Source: Eledone cirrhosa
Taxonomy: Eukaryota
DNA length: 64,000 nt
Reading direction: 5' to 3'
Assembly: GCA_964016885.1 (NCBI GenBank)
Contig: CAXHJY010001477.1
Coordinates: 186,001 to 250,000, forward strand
This document shows, piece after piece, positions 12,655 through 24,260 of the stretch (its first letter is position 1; every line of letters starts with the position of its first letter). Made by a program: the position numbers and the translations under genes. The notes under the pieces are model-generated. The model searched no databases, was not told the origin of the DNA, and saw only the letters and a list, made by a program, of their open reading frames with translations.

Positions 12655-15212
12655 TGTATGTAAGAGAGAGAGAGAGAGAGAGTGTCTGTATGTAAGAGAG
12701 AGAGAGAGTGTCTGTATGTAAGAGAGAGAGAGAGAGGAGTGTCTGTATGTAAGAGAGAGAGAGTGAGTGTCTGTATGTAAGAGAGAGAGAGAGAGTCTGT
12801 ATGTAAGAGAGAGAGAGAGAGAGAGTGTCTGTATGTAAGAGAGAGAGAGAGAGAGTGTCTGTATGTAAGAGAGAGAGAGAGTGACTGTATGTAAGAGAGA
12901 GAGAGAGTGTGTCTGTATGTAAGAGAGAGAGAGAGAGTGTCTGTATGTAAGAGAGAGAGAGTGTCTGTATGTAAGAGAGAGAGAGAGTGTCTGTATGTAA
13001 GAGAGAGAGAGAGTGTCTGTATGTAAGAGAGAGAGAGTGAGTGTCTGTATGTAAGAGAGAGAGAGTGTCTGTATGTAAGAGAGAGAGAGAGTGAGTGTCT
13101 GTATGTAAGAGAGAGAGGAGTGTCTGTATGTAAGAGAGAGAGAGAGAGTGTCTGTATGTAAGAGAGAGAGGAGTGTCTGTATGTAAGAGAGAGAGAGTGT
13201 CTGTATGTAAGAGATAGAGAGAGAGTGTCTGTTTGTAAGAGAGAGAGAGAGAGTGTCTGTTTGTAAGAGAGAGAGAGAGTGTCTGTATGTAAGAGAGAGA
13301 GGAGTGTCTGTATGTAAGAGAGAGAGAGAGAGAGTGTCTGTATGTAAGAGAGAGAGAGAGAGTGTCTGTATGTAAGAGAGAGAGAGAGTGTCTGTATGTA
13401 AGCGAGAGAGAGAGAGTGTCTGTATGTAAGAGAGAGAGAGAGTGTCTGTATGTAAGAGAGAGAGTGAGTGTCTGTATGTAAGAGAGAGAGAGAGAGTGTG
13501 TCTGTATGTAAGAGAGAGAGAGTGAGTGACTGTATGTAAGAGAGAGAGAGAGAGAGAGAGTGTCTGTATGTAAGAGAGAGAGAGAGAGTGACTTATGTAA
13601 GAGAGAGAGAGAGAGAGTGTGTCTGTATGTAAGAGAGAGAGAGTGAGTGTCTGTATGTAAGAGAGAGAGAGTGTCTGTATGTAAGAGAGAGAGAGTGTCT
13701 GTATGTAAGAGAGAGAGAGAGAGTGTCTGTATGTAAGAGAGAGAGAGAGAGTGACTGTATATAAGAGAGAGAGAGAGAGTGTGTCTGTATGTAAGAGAGA
13801 GAGAGTGAGTGTCTGTATGTAAGAGAGAGAGGAGTGTCTGTATGTAAGAGAGAGAGAGTGAGTGTCTGTATGTAAGAGAGAGAGAGTGTCTGTATGTAAG
13901 AGAGAGAGAGAGAGTGACTGTATGTAAGAAAGAGAGAGAGAGAGTGTCTGTATGTAAGAGAGAGAGAGAGAGTGACTTTATGTAAGAGAGAGAGAGAGTG
14001 TCTGTATGTAAGAGAGAGAGAGAGAGTGACTGTATGTAAGAGAGAGAGAGAGTGTCTGTATGTAAGAGAGAGAGAGAGAGTGACTGTATGTAAGAGAGAG
14101 AGAGAGAGTGTGTCTGTATGTAAGAGAGAGAGAGAGAGTGACTGTATGTAAGAGCGAGAGAGAGTGTCTGTATGTAAGAGAGAGAGAGAGTGTCTGTATG
14201 TAAGAGAGAGAGAGAGTGTCTGTATGTAAGAGAGAGAGAGAGTGTCTGTATGTAAGAGAGAGAGAGTGAGTGTCTGTATGTAAGAGAGAGAGAGTGTCTG
14301 TATGTAAGAGAGAGAGAGAGAGTCTGTATGTAAGAGAGAGAGAGTGAGTGTCTGTATGTAAGAGAGAGAGAGAGAGTGACTGTATGTAAGAGAGAGAGAG
14401 AGAGAGTGTCTGTATGTAAGAGAGAGAGAGAGTGTCTGTATGTAAGAGAGAGAGAGAGAGTGTCTGTATGTAAGAGAGAGAGAGAGTGTCTGTATGTAAG
14501 AGAGAGAGAGAGTGTCTGTATGTAAGAGAGAGAGAGAGAGTGTCTGTATGTAAGAGAGAGAGTGAATGTCTGTACGTAAGAGAGAGAGAGAGAGTGTGTC
14601 TGTATGTAAGAGAGAGAGAGAGTGTCTGTATGTAAGAGAGAGAGAGAGAGTGTCTGTATGTAAGAGAGAGAGTGAATGTCTGTACGTAAGAGAGAGAGAG
14701 AGAGTGTGTCTGTATGTAAGAGAGAGAGAGAGTGACTGTATGTAAGAGAGAGAGAGTGAGTGTCTGTATGTAAGAGAGAGAGGAGTGTATGTATGTAAGA
14801 GAGAGAGAGTGAGTGTCTGTATGTAAGAGAGAGAGAGAGTGTCTGTATGTAAGAGAGAGAGTGTCTGTATGTGAGAGAGAGATAGTATGTATGTAAGAGA
14901 GAGAGAGTATGTATGTAAGAGAGAGAGAGAGAGTATGTATGTAAGAGAGAGAGAGAGAGTGTCTGTATGTAAGAGAGAGAGAGAGTGACTGTATGTAAGA
15001 GAGAGAGAGAGAGTGTCTGTATGTAAGAGAGAGAGAGAGTGTCTGTATGTAAGAGAGAGAGAGAGTGTCTGTATGTAAGAGAGAGAGAGAGAGAGTATGT
15101 ATGTAAGAGAGAGAGAGAGAGTGAGTGTCTGCATGTAAGAGAGAGAGTCAGTGTCTGCATGTAAGAGAGAGAGAGAGACAATGTGTATATGTGAGAGAGA
15201 GAGAGAGTGAGT
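1..15212. repeat. (GA)n-interspersed minisatellite, unit GTGTCTGTATGTAA+(GA)n, about 22-40 bp, with higher-order duplications; runs off the window start
   Basis: The core TGTATGTAAGAGAG recurs continuously; variants GTGACT, GTATGT, GTGAGTGTCT. Rare variants recur at about 2928 bp spacing (identical ORFs at 156 and 3084; TATGCAAG at about 731 and 3659). Confidence 0.98.
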
Positions 15213-15218
15213 GTTTAC

Positions 15219-15443
15219 CTAATCGCATTAGGAATGTTTGGTTTTGGAGCGTCGACTTTCTCTGTAATGTCCTTGTTCACCGCTTCGTCAACAGTTGCGT
15301 GGAGTGTCGTTTTACTCAGTCTTTTACGATAATGTTCAGAAAATTTTTCTGTTGGTTGGAAAAAGAAAGACACAGTGATGTCCCCATGACACAGCTGAGG
15401 TTCAAAACCAGGGTGGGAGGCCAGCGTTGAACACCGGGTACGG
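15219..15443 (-). CDS. Internal coding exon (225 bp) of an unidentified host gene: RTRCSTLASHPGFEPQLCHGDITVSFFFQPTEKFSEHYRKRLSKTTLHATVDEAVNKDITEKVDAPKPNIPNAI
   Basis: Minus-strand acceptor ttattatattttttgcag| and donor AG|gtaaac; 1 nt + 74 open codons + 2 nt; non-repetitive; phase matches the 16295-16401 exon (AT|C = Ile). Confidence 0.75.
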
Positions 15444-15929
15444 CTGCAAAAAATATAATAATTTTAATTTTAAATAAAAAAAAATAAATAGAATATAAAA
15501 AGCGAAACCAAGCAAAAGGAGATCCAGAGGGAGACCATGAGAAATATGGTTGGACATTGAGAGGAGGAGATTGGAGAACCAGCTGGATCAACTGGAGATG
15601 GTTGCTTCTGACAGGACCCCCTGGAAGGAAGGGTTTGAGGACTGGGACCCATACAAACTACATTAGCAAGACATTGAGAGGAGGAGAGCAGGAGTGGGAG
15701 TAAGAGTTAGTGTAAGAGACAGAGAATAAGGGAGAGGGAGGAGGTATGAGTGGGACCCCTTCAGGCATGACTAATCATGGAAAGTTCCTCCCCAAGGCAA
15801 GACTATATTTAGACGGGGGGGGGGGGTCTAGGGCAGCCCAGAGCTGTTCCTAGAAGGTGCCTTCTTTGACAAGGGGTGCCCATTTTGCTCTTCCACCTTC
15901 TGATAAATGTAGCCCTGCTGAAAGGCCCA

Positions 15930-16252
15930 GGCCAGGCAAGGTTGTGGAATACCAACAGTCACCCATGCCACTGATGTAGGGGAACTGCAAAGGCTGATAC
16001 AGCTTGGCACCAGTAATGTTGCAAATCATTTACAAACTATATATACATTATATACACACTATACACACTATATACTATATATGTTGTTATCCAAAGTCAA
16101 GAAAGGTAAATAGCAATAGAATTTGGCACCAGTGCCATCACAACCTGTTTTTTTTGCAGAACTGAAGCAACATAAAATAAAGTGTCTTGGAATCGAACTC
16201 ACAACCTTACAATTGTCAGCCCAACACTATAACCACTAGGCCACATGCCTTT
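15930..16252 (-). mobile_element. Degenerate tRNA-derived SINE fragments (family 1)
   Basis: Minus-strand head GGCATGTGGCCTAGTGGTTA...GTGAGTTCGATTCC (A/B-box-like) and body CAAGACACTTTATTT; related to 22570-22680 and 30030-30182. Confidence 0.6.
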
Positions 16253-16294
16253 CCATACAAACAAAATGAGATAGTTTCTTTCTAAAATACTTAC

Positions 16295-16401
16295 ATAGCT
16301 ACAGGTTTAGGCTCAGCAGGTATAAGAGGTTTTGTCTTCTGCGTGTCTCCTTGAACAGTTGTTAAACAATCCAATGCAATTTCACTGAGAAGAAAACTTA
16401 C
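16295..16401 (-). CDS. Internal coding exon (107 bp) of the same host gene: VSFLLSEIALDCLTTVQGDTQKTKPLIPAEPKPVA
   Basis: Acceptor tttttatttag| and canonical donor |gtaagt; 35 open codons + 2 nt; splices in frame to 15219-15443. Confidence 0.75.
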
Positions 16402-16460
16402 CTAAATAAAAAAATATATAAATATATATATAAATTACAGTCTAAGGAATACAAAATAAT

Positions 16461-16642
16461 TGTTTCTACTTTTGGCACAAGGCCAGCAATTATCCCAGTG
16501 TATTACTGGTACTTTATTTTATCTACCCTGTAAGGATGAAAGGCAAAGTTAACCTCGGCGAGATTTGAACTCAGATCGTAAAGTGCTGCAAACTCTGTGC
16601 TGCAAAGCATGGTGTCCGACACTCTACCGATATTGCCAATCC
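16461..16642 (-). mobile_element. tRNA-derived SINE (family 2) with 12-bp TSD
   Basis: B-box-like GAGTTCAAATC, central GCCTTTCATCCTTACAGGGTAGATAAAATAAAGTACC; TSD ATACAAAATAAT at 16449-16460 and 16643-16654; homologous to 33878-34062 and 37413-37592. Confidence 0.85.
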
Positions 16643-17119
16643 ATACAAAATAATGCTATAAGGTCTCTAATGATTCCATCTTGAGTAGATATTCCTCTCT
16701 GAAATATGTATTTAGTATATAATATACTGTGTCTTCTCTTCATATATCATTTACATTTTATATATATATATATATTATCATTAACGTTTAACATCCATCT
16801 TCCATGCTAGCATGGGTTAGACGAGTTTGTCCCATTTAGAGGCAAGTTAGGTCGGGTAACCGTGTCTCGCTCTACCACCCAGACACATGTTTATATTTCC
16901 AAAAATGGCTGACTGAACACCCATCCCCAACCAATATTCTTTTCCATTTCTTCCCCTTCTCACTCTTCCCTACTATTCTATTTCTTCTTTTGTTCTTTGT
17001 TCTATCTGTCAGCATCCACAATGTAAAGCCTCTTTCCCTATTATATCAAGCATTAAACTAATATTTTTATTGTTTGATTTGCTGTGTTGTTTTCAGTTTA
17101 TTTTCACACACGCACACAC

Positions 17120-17528
17120 ATCATCATCATCACCGTTTTACATCCGTGTTTCCACACTAGCATGGGTTAGACGGGTTGTCCTGTTGTGGGCAATGCCAGG
17201 TCAGGTGACCTTGTCTTACTCATACAGGAACTGATTCTGGCTTGATTTCTACAGCTGGATGGATGCCCTTCCTAACACCAACCTCAATTACAGTGAGTGC
17301 TGGGTGCTTTTTTGCCGTGGCACCTCCACGTCCACCTTGCAGTGGGGTGTGTGGGGGCATATTGTCTATATGCTCCAGCTTGTACCCATGGGAGGTCGGG
17401 TACTCTGTATTACTGCGTGACGCCAGAGGTCACGGTCGTGTGTCATTGCCTTTGAGAGGTGTAATTGGGTAAGGTCGGCTTTATCACCTCATCCCAGGTC
17501 TTCTTGGGTCTCCCCACTCCGCGGTTTC
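17120..17528 (-). mobile_element. RTE LINE (family A) 3' fragment
   Basis: (CAT)n tail at 17120; 3' UTR and GVGRPKKTWDEVIK coding end match the 40715-44634 element. Confidence 0.9.
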
Positions 17529-17569
17529 CACACACATATATATATACACACACTCATATATACACATAT

Positions 17570-18105
17570 AGATTACATTGGTATGGACATGTGATGCATA
17601 GGAAGGATGTCAGCTGCATAAAAAGGAACAGGACATTAAAAGTCGATGGAAGCCATGTAGTGGGGAGACCCAAGAAGACCCAGGATGAGGTGATAAAAAC
17701 CGATCTTACCCAATTACACCTCTCAAAGGCGATGACATAGGACTGTGACCTCTGGCATCACGCAGTAATACAGAAGACCTGACTTCCCATGAGTACAAGC
17801 CAAAGCTGAAGCATATAGACAATATGCCCCCACACCCTCGCACTGCAAAGTGGTCATGTAGGTGTCACAACAAAAGGTATCCAGTCCCCACTGTAAAGTG
17901 GTCATGTAGGTGTCATGACAGAAAGTACTCAGCACTCACTGTAAATGAGGTTGGCATTAGGAAGGGTATCCAGCTGTAGAAACCAAGCCAGAAACAGAAC
18001 TATATGAGCAAAACAAGGTCACCTGACCTGGCATTGCCCACAGTAGGATAACACGTCTAACACATGTTAGTGTGGAAGAATGAACATAATACGGTGATGA
18101 TGATG
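17570..18105 (+). mobile_element. RTE LINE (family A) 3' fragment
   Basis: RLHWYGHVMH...GRPKKT peptide, 3' UTR, (GAT)n tail. Confidence 0.9.
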
Positions 18106-18469
18106 TGATAGGTATGTAAAAAGTAAACAGAAATAACAAAACAAATGATACAGTAAAATCAAGAAATATATTAGTTTAACGCTTAAAATGATAAGAAAAG
18201 AGTCTGAATGTTTCAGACACTAGTCCTTCACCAGAAGATAGATTAAGAAATAAAAGATGAAATAAAAAGATAAAGAACAAAGGGGAGAGAAAAAAAAACA
18301 CTTGGGCATATTCAATAAGCCATTTTGGAGAGATGTATATACATACAGTGGTATCTACCTACCTACTGTAGGGTTATTAACACTGTTAGAACTCCATATG
18401 GTATAGAAGTAATAATTCCAATGATATCAGGTGACAGGGGTTATCATTTTTGTGTCAGGTTATCATCAT

Positions 18470-18745
18470 ATTGAATTTCGTTGAGCATTCAAGCGAGCTC
18501 CACAGAACTTCTCCAACCACACACTTAAACACTCCCAAACTGGCAGATTTGATCTGGGACCTCAAGGATAAGAACCTGAAAAACCAGATCAAATGGTCCA
18601 TTAGGAGATGCTGGGCCCAACTTCCCACCGGGGGAAGCCTCTACAGGTTGTGCTTGGTTGAATCGGCCGAGATCATTAAATTAAAATCGGAAATCCTAAT
18701 AAACTGCAGACACACCAAGAAGAATACATTCTCTGCCTTGATATT
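18470..18745 (+). mobile_element. Penelope-like element remnant (C-terminal GIY-YIG endonuclease region)
   Basis: KLADLIWDLKDKNLKNQIKWSI...LYRLCLVE...SEILINCRH resembles the PLE endonuclease C-terminus (LSxxIWxLK...IxWxI...CxLCLxE...SExxxxCRH); recognised from family knowledge, not searched. Confidence 0.65.
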
Positions 18746-20201
18746 CGGGCAGAAGCCACGGACAAGGCATGACAACATAAACATAACATCAGAATAACTA
18801 CCACTATTTTCTCATATCTCATTTCATTACCACTGTTATCCTTGTTAATTTTATTTTTACTCCTTATTGCATCCATTATCATACCTCCCCGCCCCACTAA
18901 ACATATCACTATGCATCCACCACCCTCAACCACACCAATACATACCATATACCGTTGAGGTACACACAAACCACCAGCACCATACACTTCACCATAATGG
19001 ATTTCATTACCTCCTTTTGTATCACTAATTTCCCCATCACATGTATTCCCTAACACACTTTCACCCTTCTCATATTTTTTCTACCACCACTTAACCCCAC
19101 AAGATATCTACATGCAATGTCAACACATTTACACCTGTTTAGTGTGTGCACACATGTGTATATGCATGTTTGTATGTATATGTACGTATGTATGGGTGCA
19201 TGAGTGTGTATGTATGTATGTGCATATGTGTTTGCATGCACCACTGCACAACCTTATAGTAGTATGGACCCCCGGAATATGAGCACGCATATCTCGTTAG
19301 TGTGTACACAAGAAGATGCAGACATACATAAAATACGTGCATGGGACACTGTGTCCGAAAATACCTATAATTCATATGATGTGTACGTGAGCCTGTGGTG
19401 CCAGTGCTGGAGTGCAGGATGACCGGTATGGAAATTCTATATCCCCACCCACAAGCAGACGCATATAGTTATGTATGCCCGTCTGGCTCCGTGTGTGCTT
19501 CTGTGGGGTGATACATGACTGTGAATGTATTTACATTGATTCATGTGTAGATGTGTATATGTCCCCGGTGTACACATGTTTATTTATTTTCCTTTTTATA
19601 TTCTTTCACACAAGGTGCACTCAACAGGCATCTTGCCTCTCCAAACAATTTTCTTTATAGTCTTTTCTATCGTCTTTTCATACACTAACCTCATAACATT
19701 CTCATCACCTCGTTAATTCTTTATAGCACAAATCCCCTTTAACAATGTCTAAACAGTATAACTCCCTTTGTCCACTCACTCTCCTGTGACAAACTGATGA
19801 CCAGCAGAAACCCCCCTACCGCTAGTTCAACACGGCACTCCTCCATGTCCTATCACGCACAGCCCTACCACCTCCACCTCACCATGTACATGCCGACATG
19901 TCTATAGCAAGCCAAAACAGCCCGCAACTCAACGATCACTCCCCACCACCACCTTGTCACTATCCCCCCTCCCTCCCCCTGCTATATGAACACAACACGT
20001 TACAGACATATCTATGCTATATAAATGTCCATTCTGTCATTACTACAACAGAGGTCCAACGAGCTTATTATTCCAGAGTCGGGCCAGATCAATACAGATC
20101 GAACCTTGAGCTGATCAACAGCGAAACGTGCATCACCAATCAATAAACGTAATGAAGGATTAACAAATCATCCTTGTATTATTATGTATGTGTGTATATA
20201 T

Positions 20202-21412
20202 ATCATCATCATCATCATCATCACCGTTTTACGTCCGTTCTTCCACGCTAGCATGGGTTAGACGTGTTGTCCTGTTGTGGGCAGTGTCTGGTCGGCTGAC
20301 CATGCCTTGCTCATACAGGAACTGATCTGGCTTGATTTCTACAGCTGGATGCCCTTCCTAACACCAACCTCATTTACAGTGAGTGCTGGGTGCTTTTTCG
20401 TGGCGCCTACACGTCCACTTTACAGTGTGGGCTGGGTGCTTTTTTGCCGTGGCACCTCCACGACCACCTTGCGGTGGGGGTGGGGGGGTGGGGGGGGGGG
20501 CATATTGTTTATATGCTTCAGCATGTACCCATGGGAGGTCGGGTACCCTGTATTACTGCGTGACGCCAGAAGTCACGGTCGTGTGTCATTGACTTTGAGA
20601 GGTGTAGTTGGGTAAGGTCGGCTTTTATCACCTCATCCCAAGTCATCTTGGGTCTCCCCACTCCGCGGTTTCCATCAACTTCTAGTGCTCTGCACCTTTT
20701 TATGCAGCTGTCATCCTTCATACGCATCACATGTCCATACCAGCATAACCGCCTCTCCTGCACGCAGCATTTGATTCCTCTTATGCTCAGTCTCTCTCTC
20801 AATTCCTTTATGCTTTGTCGTTCACGTATATTACTGTTACACATCCATCGGAGCATGCAGGCTTCGTTTCTCTCTAATCTACGTAAGTCTTCCACCTTCA
20901 GCGCCCAGATCTCACTACCATGCAACATCGCTGTTCGGATACACGCATCATACAGTCTGCCTTTCATTCTGAGGGAGAAGCCTTTTGCAGCTAGCAGTGG
21001 TAGTAGTTCCCTAAACTTCTTCCATCCCGTTCTTACCCTAGTTATTGTACTTTCTGAGCACCCACCTCCGTTGCTAATTCGGTCACCTAGGAAGCAGAAG
21101 CTGTCTACTGTTTCTACAGGGCCCTCCCAGAGATTGGTGGTACTTGTTTCCTGTGGCTGTTTGCTTGCTGTTTCAGCACAGCTGCTGCATGTGAATCCTA
21201 CATTCTTAATTAAGCTTCCTGAGATCCTGCTACATCTCTTGTGTACCCATTGTTTGCATTTGGGGCAGAGAATGGAGTTCCTACCTACACCTTTCCTACA
21301 TACTGAGTAAGGCCATTTCCCTGAGGGGATCTGGGTTCTGTTTTCTCGTCTACTTATAAGGACCTTAGTCTTTGTCATGTTGACTTTGAGGCCCTTTCTC
21401 TCTAGTCCCTGC
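20202..21412 (-). mobile_element. 5'-truncated RTE LINE (family A)
   Basis: ORF 20518-21412 with GLKVNMTKTK, Cys/His finger, VDSFCFLG, MLHGSEIW, RLCWYGHVMR; (CAT)n tail at 20202. Confidence 0.95.
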
Positions 21413-21438
21413 AGTAAATACATTCTAGTAAATACATT

Positions 21439-21487
<49 letters not shown>

Positions 21488-21490
<3 letters not shown>

Positions 21491-22095
21491 AGGTCACCAC
21501 TTGGTGCTACTGGTAACATGTATCCCAGTACAACCTGTCTCATGGTCGGGTCGTTGGCGACTAAACTGGCAACCCCACCAAGGTTTCTTGGTGAGGAGGG
21601 TGACTTTGGACATCCTGCAGGACTAAAAACAAAACCTATCAAAGGGCAAAGGAGCTCTTAAGAGTCAATGGCCATCCAAAATCACTGGGAGAGATGACCC
21701 CTTAGCCTTTGTGAAGGCAGAATTCTAGGAGAAGGAAAACTCTGATATAACACATGCAACCCTGATGGTATCCAATGATGTTGACTTGTTCTTCTTTTTG
21801 GTAAATATCATCTTGGTTAAGAGAGTGGGACTGGCTTTGTGCAGTGCCTTTGCTCACTATAAAAGCTTCACGGCACAGGCATTGCTTTATATCTGGAGAT
21901 CTCTCTGCACTTGTCGTCACAAGGTACCATGGGCCCAGCACTATGTGTCAATAATTGTCACAAGTGTAGTGTTTGTACCAGAATTTTCAAGTCGCTGGCT
22001 GGACTAAAAAGTCACACTCGTTCAGCGCATCGGTAGGGGTTCTCCTACATGGATATAAAGTAGTGGCCGTACTCGAAAACGAGTTGGCAGCCACC
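21488..22095 (+). mobile_element. Internally deleted (bipartite) RTE-type derivative of a different family, inserted in a (TA)n tract
   Basis: 5' part carries the RTE 5'-UTR-like motif CTAGGAGAAGGAAAACTCTGA; 3' part encodes a terminal C2H2 finger CSVCTRIFKSLAGLKSHTRSAHR* (21965-22036) then a short UTR; (TA)n on both sides. Confidence 0.6.
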
Positions 22096-22173
22096 ATATA
22101 TACATATATATAAAGTATTTCCGTAGAAAAGATAAAGGAAATAAGAGTGCTCCATGTATAGTACAGAGCTATT

Positions 22174-22377
22174 TAATTATGTAATAAACAACACAATATA
22201 ATTATTCCACTACCAAAGGTTTCAAGAAACTAGACGGTTCTAACAGAAACGTCTATCCTGTCCATCAGATAATTATTTCATCTGATGGACGGGATAGACG
22301 TTTGTGTAAGAACTGTCTAGTTCCCTTGAAACCTTTGGTAGTGGAATAATTATATTGTGTTGTTTATTACATAATTA
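22174..22377. repeat. About 204-bp imperfect palindrome
   Basis: Arms 22174-22270 and 22280-22377 are reverse complements with a few mismatches, around a 9-nt spacer. Confidence 0.95.
22269..22353 (+). ncRNA. Type I hammerhead ribozyme-like motif with variant core (CUGAUGG)
   Basis: Stem I AUAAUUAUUUCAU/GUGGAAUAAUUAU (13 bp including G-U pairs), core CUGAUGG, long stem II (GGGA-UAGAC...GUCUA-UUCCC), GAAA, stem III ACC-UUU-GGU, cleavage triplet GUA at 22338-22340. Confidence 0.6.
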
Positions 22378-22380
22378 TAT

Positions 22381-22850
22381 ATCATCATCATCATCATTTT
22401 ACGTCCACTTTTCCCTGCTTGCAAGGGTGGGACGGGAACTGATTCTGGCTTGATTTCTACAACTGGATGCCCTTCCTAACACCAACCTCATTTACAGTGA
22501 GTGCTGGGTGCTTTTTTGCCGTGGCACCTCCACGACCCCTCTGCAGTGGAATGATATGGACCCCAGTCCCTATCATCTCATTTCTACAGCTGAGTAAACT
22601 GGAGCAATGTGAAATAAAGTGTCTTGCTCAAGGAAATAACACATCACCCAGTCTGAGAATTGAACTCACAACCTTTCGATTGGTTGGGTGACCATGTCTC
22701 ACTTATATAGGACTATCTGGTAGGTTTTCTACGGCTGGGTGGCCTTCCTAACACCAACAACATTTAGTGTGGACTGGGAACTTTTTACCATGTTACCTAC
22801 ACATTACAGCATGGACTGTGTTTTTATTTGTTGTGACACCTACACAATCT
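22381..22850 (-). mobile_element. RTE 3'-UTR fragments interrupted by a family-1 SINE piece (22570-22680)
   Basis: (CAT)n tail, GGATGCCCTTCCTAACACCAACC motif; SINE body CTGGAGCAATGTGAAATAAAGTGTCTTGCTCAAGG. Confidence 0.75.
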
Positions 22851-23190
22851 CATTAGTTTGGAGACTAGTTATATGAATCAATATTATTAGTCTTGATATT
22901 ATAGATCCAACTGACCCCTTCCACGTCCTAACATACCACCCTTCATTCACATACCCTAGATCTATCTCTGTAATGCCCATGGGTTGTTACAATAAAAAGC
23001 ACCCAGTACAGAATGTAATGAGGTTGGCATTGGGAAGGGCATCCAGTCGCAGAAACCAAGTCAAAAACAATTCTCTGTATGAACAAGATACGGAAACCTG
23101 GCCTGACTTATCTCACAACTGACAATCTGTATAACTCATCAATATGGGTTAGACAGGTCATCAGTTGTGAGATAAATCAGAAACAATCAA

Positions 23191-23424
23191 CAGTGGAGTG
23201 GCTAAAGCCATAGCAACAGGTGGGGCAGTGGAGTGGCTAAAACCATAGCAACAGGTGGGACAGTGGAGTGGCTAAAACCATAGCAACAGGTGGGACAGTG
23301 TTGTGGCTAAAACCATAGCAACAGGTGGGACAGTGGAGTGGCTAAAACCATAGCAACAGGTGGGACAGTGGAGTGGCTAAAACCATAGCAACAGGTGGGA
23401 CAGTGGAGTGGCTAAAACCATAGC
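23191..23424. repeat. 35-bp minisatellite, about 6.7 copies
   Basis: CAGTGGAGTGGCTAAAACCATAGCAACAGGTGGGA starting at 23191, 23226, 23261 ... 23401. Confidence 0.95.
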
Positions 23425-24154
23425 TACTAATGGAATGTATTTCATCATCATCACTATTGTCATCTTTCTTACATCTGTTTTACCATGTCTGCAATGGTTG
23501 GACATGTCTTTTCCATCACAGCCACCTTCCACATGTCCCCCACTAGTGTTAGTAGCGTAGATGCAATTAGTGTGAATCATATATGTTGTACTTTCTATAG
23601 TTTTTGGCAGGGTTTTTCCTGCTGGATATCCTTCCTATCACCAACACATTACATTACAGGCTGAGTGTATTCTATTATGCCACCAGCACTAGAGAAGTTG
23701 TCTGACAGGACTCAAGAGTACTCTTTATCCTGTATCAGGCATATTGCCTTTGCTATAACTTGCAGAGACCACATCTACCCCATGCAATCTTAACTGTAGA
23801 AACCATGCTAAAATGGAATGCATGAGCAAAATGTGGTCCACGCCAACCCATCTAGTCTCAGACGAGGACAATCTATCAAAGCTATACCAACATGGAAAAA
23901 AACGTAAACTGGTGTTTTGTGTGTCTATTCATGCACACGCATACAAACATTCATACACACACATGCATATATCATACATATATCATAGATCTCACAACAC
24001 GCATGTTCGAAATTTTAACGTCTTTTCATTTCATTTAACTTAAATCTGCTCCCAAACAAACAATTCTATCCAATTGATTTTTAAGTCTCTCATAGGGATA
24101 CTCTCTTGATAATGGGTTTTTAAACCTGAAAATATTTAGGTTCATTAAATTTGT

Positions 24155-24260
24155 AAGGTATGACATGTGATGTGTATGAAGGATGCATAAAAAGTTGCAG
24201 AACACTAGAAGTCGATGGAATCCTTGGAGTGGGGAGACCCAAGAAGACCTCGGATGAGGT
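24155..24260 (+). mobile_element. RTE fragment, left part, split by the Gypsy insertion
   Basis: GGAGTGGGGAGACCCAAGAAGACCTCGGATGAGGT continues as GATAAAAGCC at 26372. Confidence 0.85.

Noticed and set aside
7667-15181. 2504-aa ORF and the other ORFs in 1-15.2 kb
   Set aside because: Translations of a stop-poor (CT)n satellite strand; low complexity and no domain.
16185-16252. tRNA gene
   Set aside because: The A/B-box-like head runs into SINE body; no complete cloverleaf.
20105-20140. GCUG-AUCAA-CAGC-GAAA-CGUGCAUC hammerhead-like half; also CTGATGA at about 19794
   Set aside because: No CUGANGA core in the right place, or no stems I/II; at most a decayed relic.
24040-24126. Possible minus-strand exon after ttttcag (FKNPLSREYPYERLKNQLDRI)
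   Set aside because: Only weak donor sites, and the frame stops soon afterwards; cannot be supported.
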